Assembly (NCBI GenBank): GCA_964057225.1
Contig: OZ059895.1
Coordinates: 13,826,001 to 13,890,000, forward strand
DNA: 64,000 bases
Reading direction: 5' to 3'
Source of the DNA: Auanema rhodensis
Lineage: Eukaryota; Animalia; Nematoda
How positions within the stretch are numbered: the first letter of the stretch is position 1; every line of letters begins with the position of its first letter. Below, one piece after another: positions 1 through 14,360 of this stretch. The translations under genes and the position numbers were made by a program. The notes beneath the pieces are model-generated. The model made no database searches, was not told where the DNA came from, and was given only the letters and a program-made list of their open reading frames with translations.

Positions 1-3000
1 GCATCCATCCAAATGATCATGAAGTCGCTGGTTTCGAAAAGTTCACGTTTATGGTTGTCATCATTAAAGCTATATAATGACAGAAATTGGCTATATACAC
101 GTCGTGCTTATTATCATAGTGAAAGTTGACATAGGCTGACAGATGAAACATAAGAAACATGATCCTAACTAAAGTTAGAGAAAAGAAATGAACTGGGTGG
201 CGGGAGCATGACCGATGGAGGTATACTTGTTAAAATTTACGGCAATATCAAAGTTGTCCTTTGGAAAGGGAGAGCGGTGACAGCATGAGACTCGAGACGA
301 TGATGATAGGAGTCTGTAGATGTATTATCGACGGTCCAACTAACGGCAGTTGTACGTATAAGGCTGTAAACAGGTGAAGACAAGAAAAACTTGATAAAAA
401 GGTCAGAAGTCTGGTGACAAGTTTCTTCCAACGTTTTTTTTTTCATTGCGATTAGAGCAGGAGGGACTGTTTGCTGACACCCTGAACAAAAAATGAGACG
501 AGAGTTTGCTGGATGGTTGCCTGAACTTAGAACAAGCAACAGCTGACGCGTTTGATCGACAAACGGAGATCGATGGGTAATTTTCCCTAATGCGCAACAG
601 TTGGCGATAAAGAGCAAATACACTATCGTAGACAAAGCTATGAAAACGTTATATCAGCGAGTATGAAAAGATGCGACCTTTCCGATTTCATAGGCGTGTT
701 TTCAGAATCAGCTGACGTATTACGTAATTTTATCTTAACGATTAAAATAACGTGTCTCTAAACATCGCAGGTGTATCGAAGGGAGAGCAACCTAAATGGC
801 GCACACGTGGTTTGGGAATTGGATTCCGTCAATTCTTCATGCTGGTATGTTTGCTGCCATGCTTGGTACGTATTTCGTTTTCACAAACTGCAATGGTCAA
901 ATACGAAAGTACGTCTGAACTCACTGACTTCTTGATTAAGGCTCATGTGACAATGATATTACAGCCTCAGAAATAGTGGCTGACAGGCATTGTGGATGAT
1001 TCGAATCCAACAGAAAAACCATGGACGAATACAGGACAAAGAGACTGAGAGTAAGGCACAGAAGTACAGACATCAATATTTTCGATGGAAAACGTATTGT
1101 TAGACCTTTCACTACTTTCACCATAAAGGGATAAATGAGAGTTTTTCACAGTTTTGCTATTTTCACGTTAGAAATACAAGAAGAAAAGATATACAGTGAG
1201 CCAACAGTAAAGATAAATCATCAGAACGTCGTAATTCAAGTAGAGGGCAAAGCATAAAACCATATATAGGTTATGTAAATTATAATCTGTATATCATGCT
1301 TTATATGCAAATTATAATCATTATAGGTTGGAATAAACAAATAGATATGTATTTTAAAAGAATAGTTGAACATATACATAAAGATTTAGGTAAAGTAGTT
1401 CTTTTCTTTTCTTTCAATCTATCTCTCAATAACAAAATACGAATTACAGTCAAATAAAACGAAGAAGAAAAAGTTATTTGAAATTTGGTGGACATCAATG
1501 TCTACGAAACAAGTCACAATCAGACAGGGTGGTCTCTCACACACACTCTTCATACTCTCATTTCCCTTTGTATTTTTTTTGCATTTCGTTAACCTTCTTT
1601 TCAAACATATTCTTCTTACAGTACTAAGAATAGTATGATATCCTTTTTCAACTTAATTCTTAAATTATTTCCTTTTGATCCAAATACAATGTTCAAATCC
1701 AATCTTCTTAAATTTAGAGTTTGCCTTATTTTATTTAAAAATAAGAAAAAAGAATACTTTGTCGAATAAAAAACAAGATCTGTGTTTTTAAAGAAAAACA
1801 CTTAAATTCTGTCAATACTATGTTGGATTTGTTGAAACAGCACGTGATATTTTCCAGAAAAGTATCAAAACAGACTTTGTTTCTTGAATTTTGTTGTTTT
1901 TACGGTATGAAAATTTGATCTAGAAAAGCTCTTTGTTTAAATACGATTAATTATCTAATAGATCAATTAAAACTTTCTTGAAATAATACTTTTAAAAACA
2001 AATACATTTGTATTGTTTTATCTTAATGTGAACATCAATAAGTTCATAAGATTTACTTATATTCTCATATTTTTAAATTCCATATATGAAAAGAAATACT
2101 TTTGAAAAAACTAGTTTGCTCCAAACATTTTAAAAACTTCTGTCCCACGTTTCGTCTAGAATATGTTTGTCTACGACCATATTGTTTATGTAGACTTTTC
2201 GACTTTTCGTACGTAAGTAAGTGAGTGAGTGAGTGAATGAGGCATCGATATCTCCTTATTTCTAAATATTTCTGATGAAGTATTTCTTTGTTCAAATTAT
2301 TTATATTTAAAGGGAAAGTGAGACAGACGGGTGAATGGCTAGACAATTTTTATGGTCTCATAGGTCAGAAAGATATCTTATTATGCGAATTGTCTTGTAT
2401 TTCATCAGAAATATACAAATCTTTCGAATGTTATGATTGGAAAAATCATAAAAGAGAGAAGTAAACAATCATATCTAATCTGTCGGATTAATTTCCCTTT
2501 TATTTATAAGAGATTTCTTAACCTAATAACATATATCTTTTTCGTAATTTTACAATCTGACCTGTTTGACACATCTTGCATATTGCTATTCTACATTTAC
2601 AATCTCTGTATTTTATATATTTGTATTTATATATATGTATGTATATAATATACATATTTTAATATATATATAGATATATAATAAAATACAAAGACCCCCC
2701 ATGAATTTTGTAATACGAGATCAGAGAGGTAGCCGCAATATTTTAAAAGAGCTTGGTTATCTTGCATAAATTGAGGGATTGAACTGTATTTTGTTATATT
2801 TTGAGAACCAACAGCACAGAAAATAAGATGAAAAGACAATAAGAACAGAGTTTGACCAGTTCGTATTGCTTTTCATGTAGAAGGATGTGTATGATTTCTT
2901 TCTAGTGTTGCCATATGATTTCTTCTGTTTCTCTTAGCTCCTCGAAACATAATTTTGGAATCGAAATGGTTGATGGAATGTAACATACAGAGCACGATGC

Positions 3001-5427
3001 GTCAACCACCTTCACATGTACTTCATTTGCACTTTCGCTTTGTTCTGATGTTGCGTTTTGCCTCGGTCTAATCGTTGTCTCTCATCTATCTGCAATCACT
3101 CATTTAGTTCCGAAGCGGGGACACACACACACACACATACACACAACGGGATAAGATAATGGATGAGAGGGTATGATGGCTGATGGAAAACCATATGTTA
3201 TAAATCTGGGTGTATAATGAAAGAATTTAGAGATTATGCCTTCTGAGAGAGAGAGAAAAAGAGCTTGTCGATGAATTCCACGTCGATTTGATTCTGACAG
3301 AAGAGAGAAAGCTGTATTGGGTTTGACTAGCGTGCGTCATGTACTGGAAGCCAATCATTGATGATTTCATTTGAGGGATTCGATATTTAAAGAATTTGAT
3401 TTGCTATCTGTTTTGATTATTAAGATGACATTTGAGAAATTATTTCCATTTCCATAGAATAGAAATTCAATTTCAGTATGATATTTAATAAAAATATATT
3501 TAGTATCTTCTTTTCTATTGAGAAGTGTGACAAGATATTTTGAATAAGTGTAATGGACGAGTTGAGCTGGAAAATGAATTAATTAAAGACAATTGAACAG
3601 GAGGTATGAGTACGAATGCTCAACATACATCGGGCATTTATCTTGCCTTTATGTCTAATTTCTCCAGTTAAACTCACGATGTTTTACAGACTGCTCTTTG
3701 TCTAGTCAACAGAAAGGCTATTTCTCGCGAGGATTTGCTGTGAAAACGAGAGAAAACGAATAATCGGCATTAAGACCATGCACAAAACAAAGTTTTGGGA
3801 TTTTAGTGATATCATCACTCTTTACAAACAAAAATTTGATATTACTAGGGTTATGATTGTCAATTCATTTATGATTTTCCTCAGAAATAATTGAAGCATA
3901 GGTTTTGTCTCCAAGAAGGTGACAAGTGCAGTTGTTGCAAGTTTCAAAGACAGAAGGGCACGACAGACAGAAATACAAGTCATGGATGAGATAGGGAGAG
4001 CGCAAGGTGACAGTAAGTTTCTTATATAGATCTTGGCACTTTCTCCTTCTAGTCTCTGGCAACCGTTTCGTCTTCTTCATCCTGTCGGTCTCCTTGACGA
4101 TGCCGCCTGCCATCAACGAAAACAGGTTACTGATCAAGTCTGGTTGTCGCACTTTTCCTCTTGCCCCTATCGACTCTCAGATCATTAAAAAGGAAAACTG
4201 AAGGTGCTAGTATTCAATACTATTACAGGATGATGAAACAGAGGGATACAAATCATATGATGAGATATGCTTTTTCATAATAATGATAGTAAATATCTAT
4301 TTTTAGATAATCAATTCAACAAATGAATTATAGTTTCATAAATTCAAAAGAAACATCATTGTCATTTTATATAGTTACTTCAATAATGAAAAATCATTCA
4401 AAACTCGTTGTTTATATTTACTCAGGCATTATCTACAAAATCATTAATTCGCGGATGAAATTTATTCCAAAAAAAAGCAAAAATGAAATAAAACGATATC
4501 ACACTTTATCTTTTAACAAATGGCTAAATATGAAAAATACAATTATTTTTCGTTTCAGACTAATAAACATACGTTCACGAGATGAAGAACCATAAGATCT
4601 ACTGTTAATCATCTTAATAAACTATATGTATGTTTCTATTTCTTATCATTCATTATTTGAAAGATAGTAGCTTTAACAATTTTTCAAATCAGCTGATTCT
4701 TCTGATAGTATTGGAATAATTTTCCAAAGATATTATCGACCAATTTATAATCATAAAGTTTTTCTCGACTTTTATGCTTTTGTCTTTTTATCCTTTATAC
4801 CTTTCTCTCTCTCTCTCTCTCTCCCTCTCTGTCTCTCTTTCTCTCTCTATCTATCTATCTATGTTTCTCTTGTTCTCTTTTCGTTGTTTTCTTTTCTCTC
4901 ATTATGTTCTAAACGACTGTTTGCTCATCTAGATTACTATCCTGTTCGATGTTTTGAAAAGAAACAGCTCCAAACATAAAAGCCGAGGGATTGACTGAAA
5001 AAAAAACGGAAAAATCTAATAATTAAAACAAGACGAGAATGCCATATTCAGTCTGAAGATTATTGAATAAAATCCTTTGAACAATACTAATTCAAAGAAT
5101 GTCTTTCTTCGTTATCATTACCTCTAGATAGCTAAAGACCAGAAAATTTTTGTTTTGTAAATAATATAAATGTTTAGAGAAAAAAAAAGAAAAAGAAAAG
5201 ACAAACAAATAATAAAAGTCTAGTAGAAACAATACATACCTATTTTCATTAATAATATAATCATTTATGAAAAAAACTTCATAGTTTACTTTGTTTTGTT
5301 TACTTCTTACTTCATTAATCAAATCGAAATAAATGTTCTCAGAAATATATAAAAATAATTTAATAAGACTTAGATTTGATTGAGTATCATGGAATAGGTA
5401 AAAGCTTATTTGTTTTTGTTGATAAAA

Positions 5428-6573
5428 TCAAAAAGACAATCCGTATTTAGAAACCCAAGATAAATCATCAGACTTGGATGGATTATATTCACAACCAATA
5501 ATCCAATTAGAATTTAAATTACTTAATACCTGCAAGTTAAATTATATGATTATATGAAGTTATTTTGAAAAAAGCAACACCTGAAATACAAATCCATAGT
5601 CGATTTCACCAGAAAATGATGGTTCGTGGCGAGATGGCACTTGTGCAACTTGTATGTAATCTGGAACCATTTAGATTATTATGCAATCTCAAGTGCATTT
5701 ACCAATAATAGATTCATATTCACGAGCTGTATGTATTAATGCTCCGCATATCTGCTGAGCATGAAATATATCCTAAAAAGGTCTTTTCTCACTAAAATAA
5801 GAATAGGGAACAAACATATTGTAATTTTAAATTTGGTTGCCCGATATCTTCGATGAGTTTTTTAGCTGGAAAGTATATATTAGATTATAATATAAGTTAT
5901 ATTGTTACCCATTGTATATGAATTTAGAAAATATTTCGGTATAGTTATGTTGTTTATGGGCTCTATCAAGACAGTAATCTTTTCCTAAAATCAACCATAT
6001 TAGGAAAAGATATATGTTACAATACAAACTTGTCGACAAGCATATGCAGCTTGTTGAATATTTGACTTGTAAAGTTGATAAGTTGTAGAAACATCAGATT
6101 GTGAAATTCCAGCCATCACATGAACACCAAAGCGATGCGGTATGATGCTACTTCTATTGTATGAACTTACCGATGACAATCAAGCACTTTGGCATAGTAT
6201 ATTGCTTGAGAAATTCCATCTCGAAACTCTTTTTCTCGTCCAGCCAAAGCAGCTATCCCACGGCTGCCATTAGCCCAATCACCTATAATAGTATAAAATA
6301 TAAAATATAATAGATGATATAAGATTTAGGTAAAACTGAAATAACCTGCAGGAGCATTGATCAAAACATGACGAATTCCGTATTTATCAGCAGCTTTTTT
6401 GAGATCTTCGGCTGGTTCAGAATATGGAAGAGGTAGTTCTACAAGTTTGAAACCCTTCTCTGCAGCTTTCGCATATCTGATATATAATTGTTTAAAAATA
6501 TAATCTTTGTAATAAACCTCTCTAATAAGGGAACATCTGTGAAAAAAAAATTGAGGTTTACAGCGACTCTCAT
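5428..6573 (-). CDS. HYI: Hydroxypyruvate isomerase (HYI family, xylose isomerase-like TIM barrel), multi-exon
   Basis: Spliced translation MRVAVNLNFFFTDVPLLER|YAKAAEKGFKLVELPLPY...LINAPAG|DWANGSRGIAALAGREKEF...VHVMAG...VLIEPIN...DIFHAQQICG...IQVAQVPSRHEP...GEIDY...IGCEYNP...SWVSKYGLSF* carries the characteristic HYI motifs. A TTTTATAG acceptor lies about 10 nt before the ATG. Confidence 0.93.
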
Positions 6574-9500
6574 TGAATTTTTCTATAAAAATATAAATTA
6601 AATAATATTCTTTAAATGAAAAAACAATGAAATGAAATGAAAACATTGTATAAAGAACAACCGGTTAGTACTTAAGAAAATGAGAAAATGCTATCAAATG
6701 AATAAACTCAGAATAATTAAATTTTCAATTTAAAAATAATAAAAAAGCTAATGAGAATGAGGATATTACTAGAAAATTCATTTCTAATAAAAAAAAAAGA
6801 GGAAAAAACAATCGAAATGAAGGGTGCAAGGTACTGGTTTAGGTCATGTGATAATTTCATAATATTATATTTTTAAATAAAATATAAGGAACAACCTGAA
6901 AGTCATAGAAAATCAGGATTTCTATCTTAAATTGAAGCCGAAGAGTTCTAAGACTGAAAAGTCAAGTAATAAATGAACGAATAATCACAAAATAACAAGA
7001 TTGAAAATGAAAAATTTAAAACCCAAATAACTACGTGCAGTAAGATTACACAAAGATCATCGTTGTATTTCAGTTTTCTTAACATATCATATTTCTTTTT
7101 CAATTCAAAAATCAAAAAATTAGAATGAGGGTGTAGCCTTTTGGAAAAATATTATAGAGTTTATTACACAATCAGAAAATAATAATATATTATATAATTA
7201 GAAAGTTATGAAAATATTTGTTTTGAATCGCTTAAATAATATATATTTAACAAATAAAGTAAAGTATTTTAATAAATTTATTATGAAATGACTATAATTT
7301 CATAATTATTTCCTACAAATTAAAGATAAATGACAAATATGTTTAATTCTGAAAGAGCATACATTCAAAAGAATATACAACAGTGATCACTAATTTTATT
7401 TTAGCAAGGAACTTTTAAAACATACGTTACAAGACTAGAAACCAGATGAGACGTATCATCGCCTATCATTGAGAGTTCCCCAATGACTTGGTTCAACAAC
7501 GCTATTTTTAGTTTTGCAACTTAGCCGAAGACTATTTTGAAGACAAAGCGACCATAACAGCACCTGATCAGACAGATCATGCCGACTTCCGGCTCAAGTT
7601 TTGGTCGATTAAATTGTTACGACTACTATGATAACAAAATGATTCGTACTGATCGATGATGTTGACCAATGACGATCTTGGAACATATATACCATATAAG
7701 CTGCAATAAGTTTCACTAAGAAATATGATAATGATCAAAATTTGATCAACTCATGAAAATAAATGAACATATTAAAGTTCATTATTGTTTATGTGAAACC
7801 TTACAAACTAATTTTAATATATTAAAAACTGTCTGATGTAGGATTTGATGATGTATACTTGATACGACCTATCAGCTGAGAAATAATTGACCGATCATAC
7901 ATATACTATCAAAGCAGACAACAATCATGTGGAAGTTGAAATGAAATACACGACGATCATAACGAAGTTGTCGATCGTCCCTACTACGATGACATTAGAT
8001 CGGTTCATTTATAGATAAATGAAAACAAGGTGGCCAACGATAACAATGCATATAAGGCTAGCATTGGCTTTTTGATCGACAATCAGTTTTCCTATGACTT
8101 TCCAATGTTTTTAATTCAAATTATTCATTGCACTATACTAAAACTAATCATTTCCTGTTATTATAATATAGCAATATACTATAGAATGTATGATAATAAT
8201 TAGTATTTCATTTACTTTATGCTTTTAATAATTTTTTTTATTAAAGAAATGTTTCATTTTAATAAATGCTCAAGTTTAAATAGTTCATGTTCTAATAATA
8301 TGTTCAATTGATACCATATTATCCTTTCAATGTTTGAACTATTTTTTTTTGTACAAAGTTGGTTCAAATATAGGATCCACCAATTGAATGCTGCGTAGGT
8401 GTTTGGGTCAATTTCCTTGGAAGATCAAAAGACTTGTCTTATGATCTTGTTCACGAGAATTTGTAATTTACTAGTCTATTTTCGTTTGTTAGGCAATCTC
8501 TTCATACAGATCGCAATGAACTGAAGAGTGGCTTATGAGCAGTGAGATCATGCACTTACCCTACAAGGACACACCTCTATTACGATCATCAAGTTTTCAG
8601 TATATAAGGGGCTACCCCAACTATTCGTTTTTTAACCTCTAACTATTCTTATTTCCTTAGTCCTATCTTACCAAGTATGTTATATAGAAAATATGTTTTC
8701 TAACTTTTAACGGTATAACAACTACAACATCTTACTATATATTGAGAATATTGCTTCACTTTGTTTAGAAAATGTCTGCCTAACTACACAGACATTTTGT
8801 GATTGCGTCTTTATTTATCTCAAACGAAGAGCTACTTTACTATCTCTTTTACCTTCTTTATTCTCTTCATTTTATTTTTCTCAATATGCTCTGCTTCGTT
8901 CTTCTATAGATTCCTTCTTTACCATCCATTATCACGTTAAGATTCTTAAAAGAAAACAAAGCAGAGACTTTGTTACAGTCATCTCGCTTGTATAACTTCG
9001 GTATAAACAAACATCCGATCTCGACAACCCAAACCGGAAGACACAGGTAATACAAGCCAAACAAACTTACAATCCAGCCATTCATTCCTTAGAGACGTTC
9101 CTTTTTTGCTCTCAGCCATTAAATTTAAAACCAATTTCCAATACAAAAGTTTGCTCATTACTATTTATATTTTTGAGACTTTTTTAGATTTCATTTTATT
9201 TGGAAAATTTCATAATTTAACATTTTAATTGAAAATTCTTAAGAATAGAAAAAAGTTGAGAAAAAGAATCATTCTTCTTGATTATATATGAACACCTTTT
9301 CTCGATATCTTATATGTCATAATTCTTCTTTGCAGTTTTTAAAAAGCAATTCAATTGATATTTAAAAAGTTTATCTATATCATCATCATGACTATCACAT
9401 AAACCAAAATTTTCCTCTTTGTATTTCTCTTCGTGATCAGATTCTTTAGCGAGAACGTTCATTGTTCCGTATTTGGCCATCTGCTCAACAAAGATTTGGT

Positions 9501-10273
9501 GATAGTCAAACGGCTGAAAGAAAGCCGTTCACGTTTATCGATAAAAAGATAAATGACTTGAACAAAGAGCAAGCGAAAACAGATCATAACAGCTAAAGTT
9601 CAAAGCATGGGCAGTACGAAAAATGAAGTTCTCTCATCCATTTAATGGTTATCTCACTTCACTATCATAATATGCCTTCTCTTATATAACTTTTGTGAAA
9701 AAATAAAAGAGAAGAGAATGAACTGTAGTCGAAGTCGATTTGGTCTTTTTTGATCTTAAGGATGCGATGGTTGGGTATAATCATGTGACGTCATTCACGT
9801 ATTTCACGTCTGAAATCTTACACATTAGGTCACTCTCGTTATTCCCAACATAGCAGATAACAAAAGCGGTTGTGAATTCATCCTCTCTGCTATTGAGCTG
9901 AGCTGTTTCCCTCATACTTTTTCGTCACCGTTGACCACTGCTTTAGGCGAAAGGTGACTTTATAAGTAGTTGAGTCAATACAAGTCCCATAGGCCGAAAA
10001 GTACCACCCCTCTAACATTTTCCCTCTTCTTTTTCTCACTCTCGCTATCTTCACCTTAAAGAAGAGGGGAGGAGAACCTACATTGTCGAATGATGCTTTA
10101 GATGTTGCTTGTGACCCTTTCTGAGTGGTTGTCTCTCATTAACAAGACTTTCTCGGCAACTCTTCATCACTTCTCTTATCTAATTTATCAAACACGTTCT
10201 TTTGATGTTTTGTGTATTCGTGCCCAATATACTTTTCAAATCTCTCGCTGTATAGAATCACTTTTCAGGTAAT

Positions 10274-13015
10274 ATGGCCCCGAGAGTCGTAGGCTCCATC
10301 TTACTGCTTATCGCAGCATCTGCTATTTCCGCTAATGTTATTCCCAGAGAACTTTTATTCTCTGAAGCCAAATATTCATCAGTGTCATTGAGTCCCGATG
10401 GCCGGTAGGTTCAACAAAGAAAAACTCTTGAAAACCAACATCATATGTTCAGTTATCTTGGTTATATCTCTGCTGACGATAATGGTGTGAAAAATGTTTT
10501 TATCAAATGTATTAACTGTAAAAGTGAACGTCAAGTAACATTTGAAGAGCGTGATGCTGTTTTATGTGAGTATTTCTATCAGAAAACATATCAATTATCT
10601 TTGAACTTTATAGCTTATTCCTGGACAGCTTTACCTGATATTATCCTTTATTCACAAGATAATGAAGGAGATGAAAATACTCGACTTTACAAAAAGAATA
10701 TCTCATCAGTGAGTAATTTGAAATAGATGTCTCTTTAATTTTTGGAATATTAGGAAGCTCTTGAGGCTGACCCATCTCAACGTATTGTTATTAGTGAACA
10801 ACCTGGAGTTAAAGCCATGATTCTCGGAAATAATAATGTCGAGCCTTATGTAATCATCGGATTGAACGATGAGAATCCAGCGTAAGTTAAATAAAATCAG
10901 AAAATAATTTTTTAATAATAAGAAAGAAAAATGGAAGATTCAAACTTTTCTTTTTCAGTTATCACAACGTATATCTCTTTGATTTGGTCACGAATCAGCT
11001 CCGTTTGTTAATGCGCAACAAACGATTCCCTATGATTGTACTTGACAATGCTCTTCGAATCCGTTTAGCTAGTGAAGAACTTCCTAACGGCGACATTCAA
11101 TATTACAAGTCAGATAACTGTTGAGATAGTAATGAACTTATTTTCTTATTTCAGGCCCAGTCGCAAGTTCGATGGTCGTTTATTGACATCAGACAAGGAA
11201 GATTGGACCGAATACTTGACAGTAGCTGTTGAAGACAAGCCTGCTACAGTGTAAGCATCAAAGTTTTAACCGAACAACAATATGTTTTTTAAGTCCAATC
11301 AGCTTCGATAAGGATAATATGAACATGTTCTGGATGTGGGGAGAAGATTCGGATTTGGGAACATTAGTTACTTTCCCCTTCGAAGAACCAAAACGCAGAG
11401 AAGTTCTCTACCAATCAACTAGAGCCCAGATCGGGCATATACTCTTCCATCCAATTGATCGAACACTGCTCGCAGTCAGTGAGGTTTATCATAAACCAGA
11501 ACTACTTGTATCTAATGATACAATCATGGAAGATTTACAATATTTGGTTAATCTTAGACCTCATGGATCTCTTCAAATTCTCTCACTCAGTTTAGGTATA
11601 ACCATAAATTTTAAAATTCAATACAAAAACTTTTATTACAGATATGAACACATGGCTTGTCACGTATCTTTCATCTGATAAGCCATTTGAAGTATTTGTA
11701 TATCGTAGATGGGTTAAGACCGCCGAACTTTTGTTCAATACACATCCACAATTGGAAAACTACAAGCTCAATAAGCAAATTGGATTTGACTTCAAAACAC
11801 GCGACAATCTCGTTCTTCAAGCTTATCTCAGTCTTCCACCACATGCAAGACTTGCCAAGTCAAGCGACGTCCCTGTGGCCGATAAAGGATATACTGAATT
11901 AGGATTGATTCCCGATAAACCACAAAAGATGGTTATTCTTGTACATGGAGGACCAAAGGCTCGAGATACCTATGGATTTAGTCCACTCAATGCTTGGCTC
12001 ACCTCACGAGGGTACGCTGTTCTCCAAGTAAACTTCCGCGGAAGTGTCGGATTCGGAAAGAAACTCACAAATGCTGGTAATGGAGAATGGGGACGCAAGA
12101 TGCATTATGACATCCTTGATGCCCTGGAATTCACTGTAGCTAAAGGTATTGCTAATAGAAGCCAAGTAGCTATTATGGGTGGAAGCTATGGAGGATACGA
12201 AACACTAGTTGCTCTTACGTTTACTCCTGATGCTTTTGCTTGTGGTATTGACATCGTCGGACCTTCAAACTTAGTTTCATTAATGGGAGCTGTACCACCT
12301 TACTGGCGCGGATTCTATCAAGATTTAGTAAAAATGCTTGGAGCTGATATTAGCACCGAAGAAGGACGTCAGTCATTAATATCTCGTTCGCCACTCTATT
12401 TCGCCAACAAAGTTAAGAAGCCTATTATGATCATGCAAGGAGCCAATGACCCACGAGTTAAACAATCCGAGTCCGATCAATTCGTCAATGCACTAAAATC
12501 CAATAATATCCCAGTGACATACGTATTATATCCAGATGAAGGTCATGGATTCAGAAAATCAAAGAACCAACTGGCTAAATGCGGTTTTGTCGAACACTTC
12601 TTAAATCAATGCTTGGGAGGAGAATACGAACCATATCAAATAGGACAATACAATTCTACGGCTATAGTAAGTAAATCTAGCTATGATATCAAACTAACCT
12701 TTATACTTTAGTTGAAAGCTGATGGATATGCTCCAAAAGCAGTAACTACCACCACCACCACCACCACGACTACTGCGGCAACAACTCGACAACAAACTCA
12801 AGCTGTGCCTACAGCGCCAAGTCAATTTTTCTACCGACCAGTTCTAAATAGATTCCAGGTAAATTATAAAACATTTCATTTCTTAAATAACCTTTTCAAC
12901 AAGAATAAAAATATTAATTTTTTTATTTTAGCAGGTTCAACAACCTCGGCAAACGCCATTCTTTATACGACCAACTAACACATTCGCACACCCAGTCTTC
13001 CCACAACACGGGTAA
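10274..13015 (+). CDS. dpf-6: Prolyl oligopeptidase family S9 serine peptidase with signal peptide and Thr-rich tail (dipeptidyl peptidase family member 6-like)
   Basis: Signal peptide MAPRVVGSILLLIAASAISA, then IPRELLFS..SLSPDG. Catalytic domain has VHGGP, QVNFRGSVGFG, GGSYGG (Ser), GANDPRV (Asp) and YPDEGHG (His). Last exon VQQPRQ...PQHG*. TTTTCAG at 10262-10268 precedes the ATG. Confidence 0.9.
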
Positions 13016-13361
13016 TCTTCTAGTCAGTTATGAGAAGGAGGATATAAGGAAGCTTTATTAGAAACTTATCATATAGTCAATTTCTGTATCTAAAGAATTA
13101 TATAAGAAATGCAATACTATAATAGGGGGAGTTGCAATATTCAGTTTCTTAACTGCTATTCAATTATGTATGCACTTGAGTGCAAATTTATTATTCTTCA
13201 TGTTTACCAATAAAGCTTTACATGACTTAAAATATTCAAAAACACTACATAATACATAACAAAAATATAAAACATGTGAAGTTAAGTATCAACATTATAC
13301 AGAATAAAATACCGTTCAAAAAACCCGCACAGGAAACCCGCTGTTGAAAAAAAGAAAAACT

Positions 13362-14360
13362 TTATGAAGCATCCTGTGAAACCTAGAAAATAAATTTTCT
13401 TCGTCATTATGTATTAAAACAAACAAACCTCGATAACAGTACTGTTAAGAGAAGGCTTGGCTTCAATAATAGTATCATTAAGGGTTTCGCTTTCCGAATT
13501 ATCAGATGAATTTGATCGTCGTCTCTTGATCTCATTGAAAACTTTATAGAAAATATTTTGAATCCCAGGATTTGATATTTCAGAGGTGGCCAACATTTCT
13601 CTAAATATTTATTAAATAAAATATTAATTAAGCCTCATCAAAAATTCTAACCTAAGAACAGCATGCTCATGTCGAAGTTGCGAGACTTTTTCAGTAAAAT
13701 TATTGCATTCTTCTTCTCCTTTCTGAATATGACTAGTTAAATCATTGGCAATTTCTCTGAAAATACTTTGTATTCAACCGATATAAACGTTTTTACAAAC
13801 GTCAACTTGGATCTTGGAGTAGGACTATCTTCCATAAGCAATAAGCTCCAAATTTCATCATGCGATACTGCTGATCGGCTAAAAATTTTCCATAGCTATT
13901 CTAACAAAAACCTTATAGCATACTCAATATTTCGGACTTTATTCATGGTTTCTTTATGCTTTATCATAACAGTGTCAATAGTATTAAAACAATCTTCCAC
14001 CGCATCTTTTAAGATTCTATTTTGTTCCTTAAATAGTAAATCGTAAAGATATAATTTTGAAAAACCCTACATGGTAAGCCATTATAAGTTTATTTTCCTT
14101 CTGCAATTCGTCGAGCAAAACAGCCCTTTTCTGCCCATTCTTGGTAACTTCATTCACAGATTGAAGAAAATATTGAAAATCCCGTATACATTGACCTTTT
14201 CCTAATATAGCATTTCCATGCCGAACCATCTCTTCTATTTTATATTCACCTTAAATATTATTTTTGCATGATAATTCAAAAAAAAAAATTAACCAGAAGC
14301 AATTGATGTAGCCAATTTTTTACTGCATGATAAGATGGCGTCAATTTCAGGGCTTGCCAT
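13362..14360 (-). CDS. SIKE1/FGFR1OP2-family coiled-coil protein (STRIPAK-associated)
   Basis: Six exons splice in frame: MASPEIDAIL...RAVLLDELQKENKLIMAYH|EQNRILKDAVEDCFNTIDTVMIKHKETM...KLTEIANDLTSHIQKGEEECNNFTEKVSQLRHEHAVLR|EMLATS...|VSQDAS*. The pattern matches the SIKE family blocks I recall (QQENRQI..EN.EL...LELIMSKYREQM; ITEMA...QLE.EN..LREIL). Confidence 0.72.

Noticed and set aside
1-1150. Minus-strand ORFs 237-635 and 936-1124 with hydrophobic N-termini, as a possible partial gene
   Set aside because: I could not chain exons in frame or recognise a domain. It may be regulatory DNA or a decayed gene.
2627-4201. ORFs 2627-2839, 3865-4152 and 4007-4201
   Set aside because: No consistent splice structure or motifs, and the region looks like GATA-rich regulatory sequence.
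8985-9058. GCTTGTAT/ATACAAGC-closed stem with internal CAACCCAAACC, considered as ncRNA or telomerase template
   Set aside because: Internal pairing is weak, and there is no 1.5x copy complementary to TTAGGC.
5428-13015. Horizontal transfer of the bacterial-looking HYI and S9 peptidase genes
   Set aside because: Both are intron-rich and have known animal or nematode homologues. Nothing here indicates a recent transfer.
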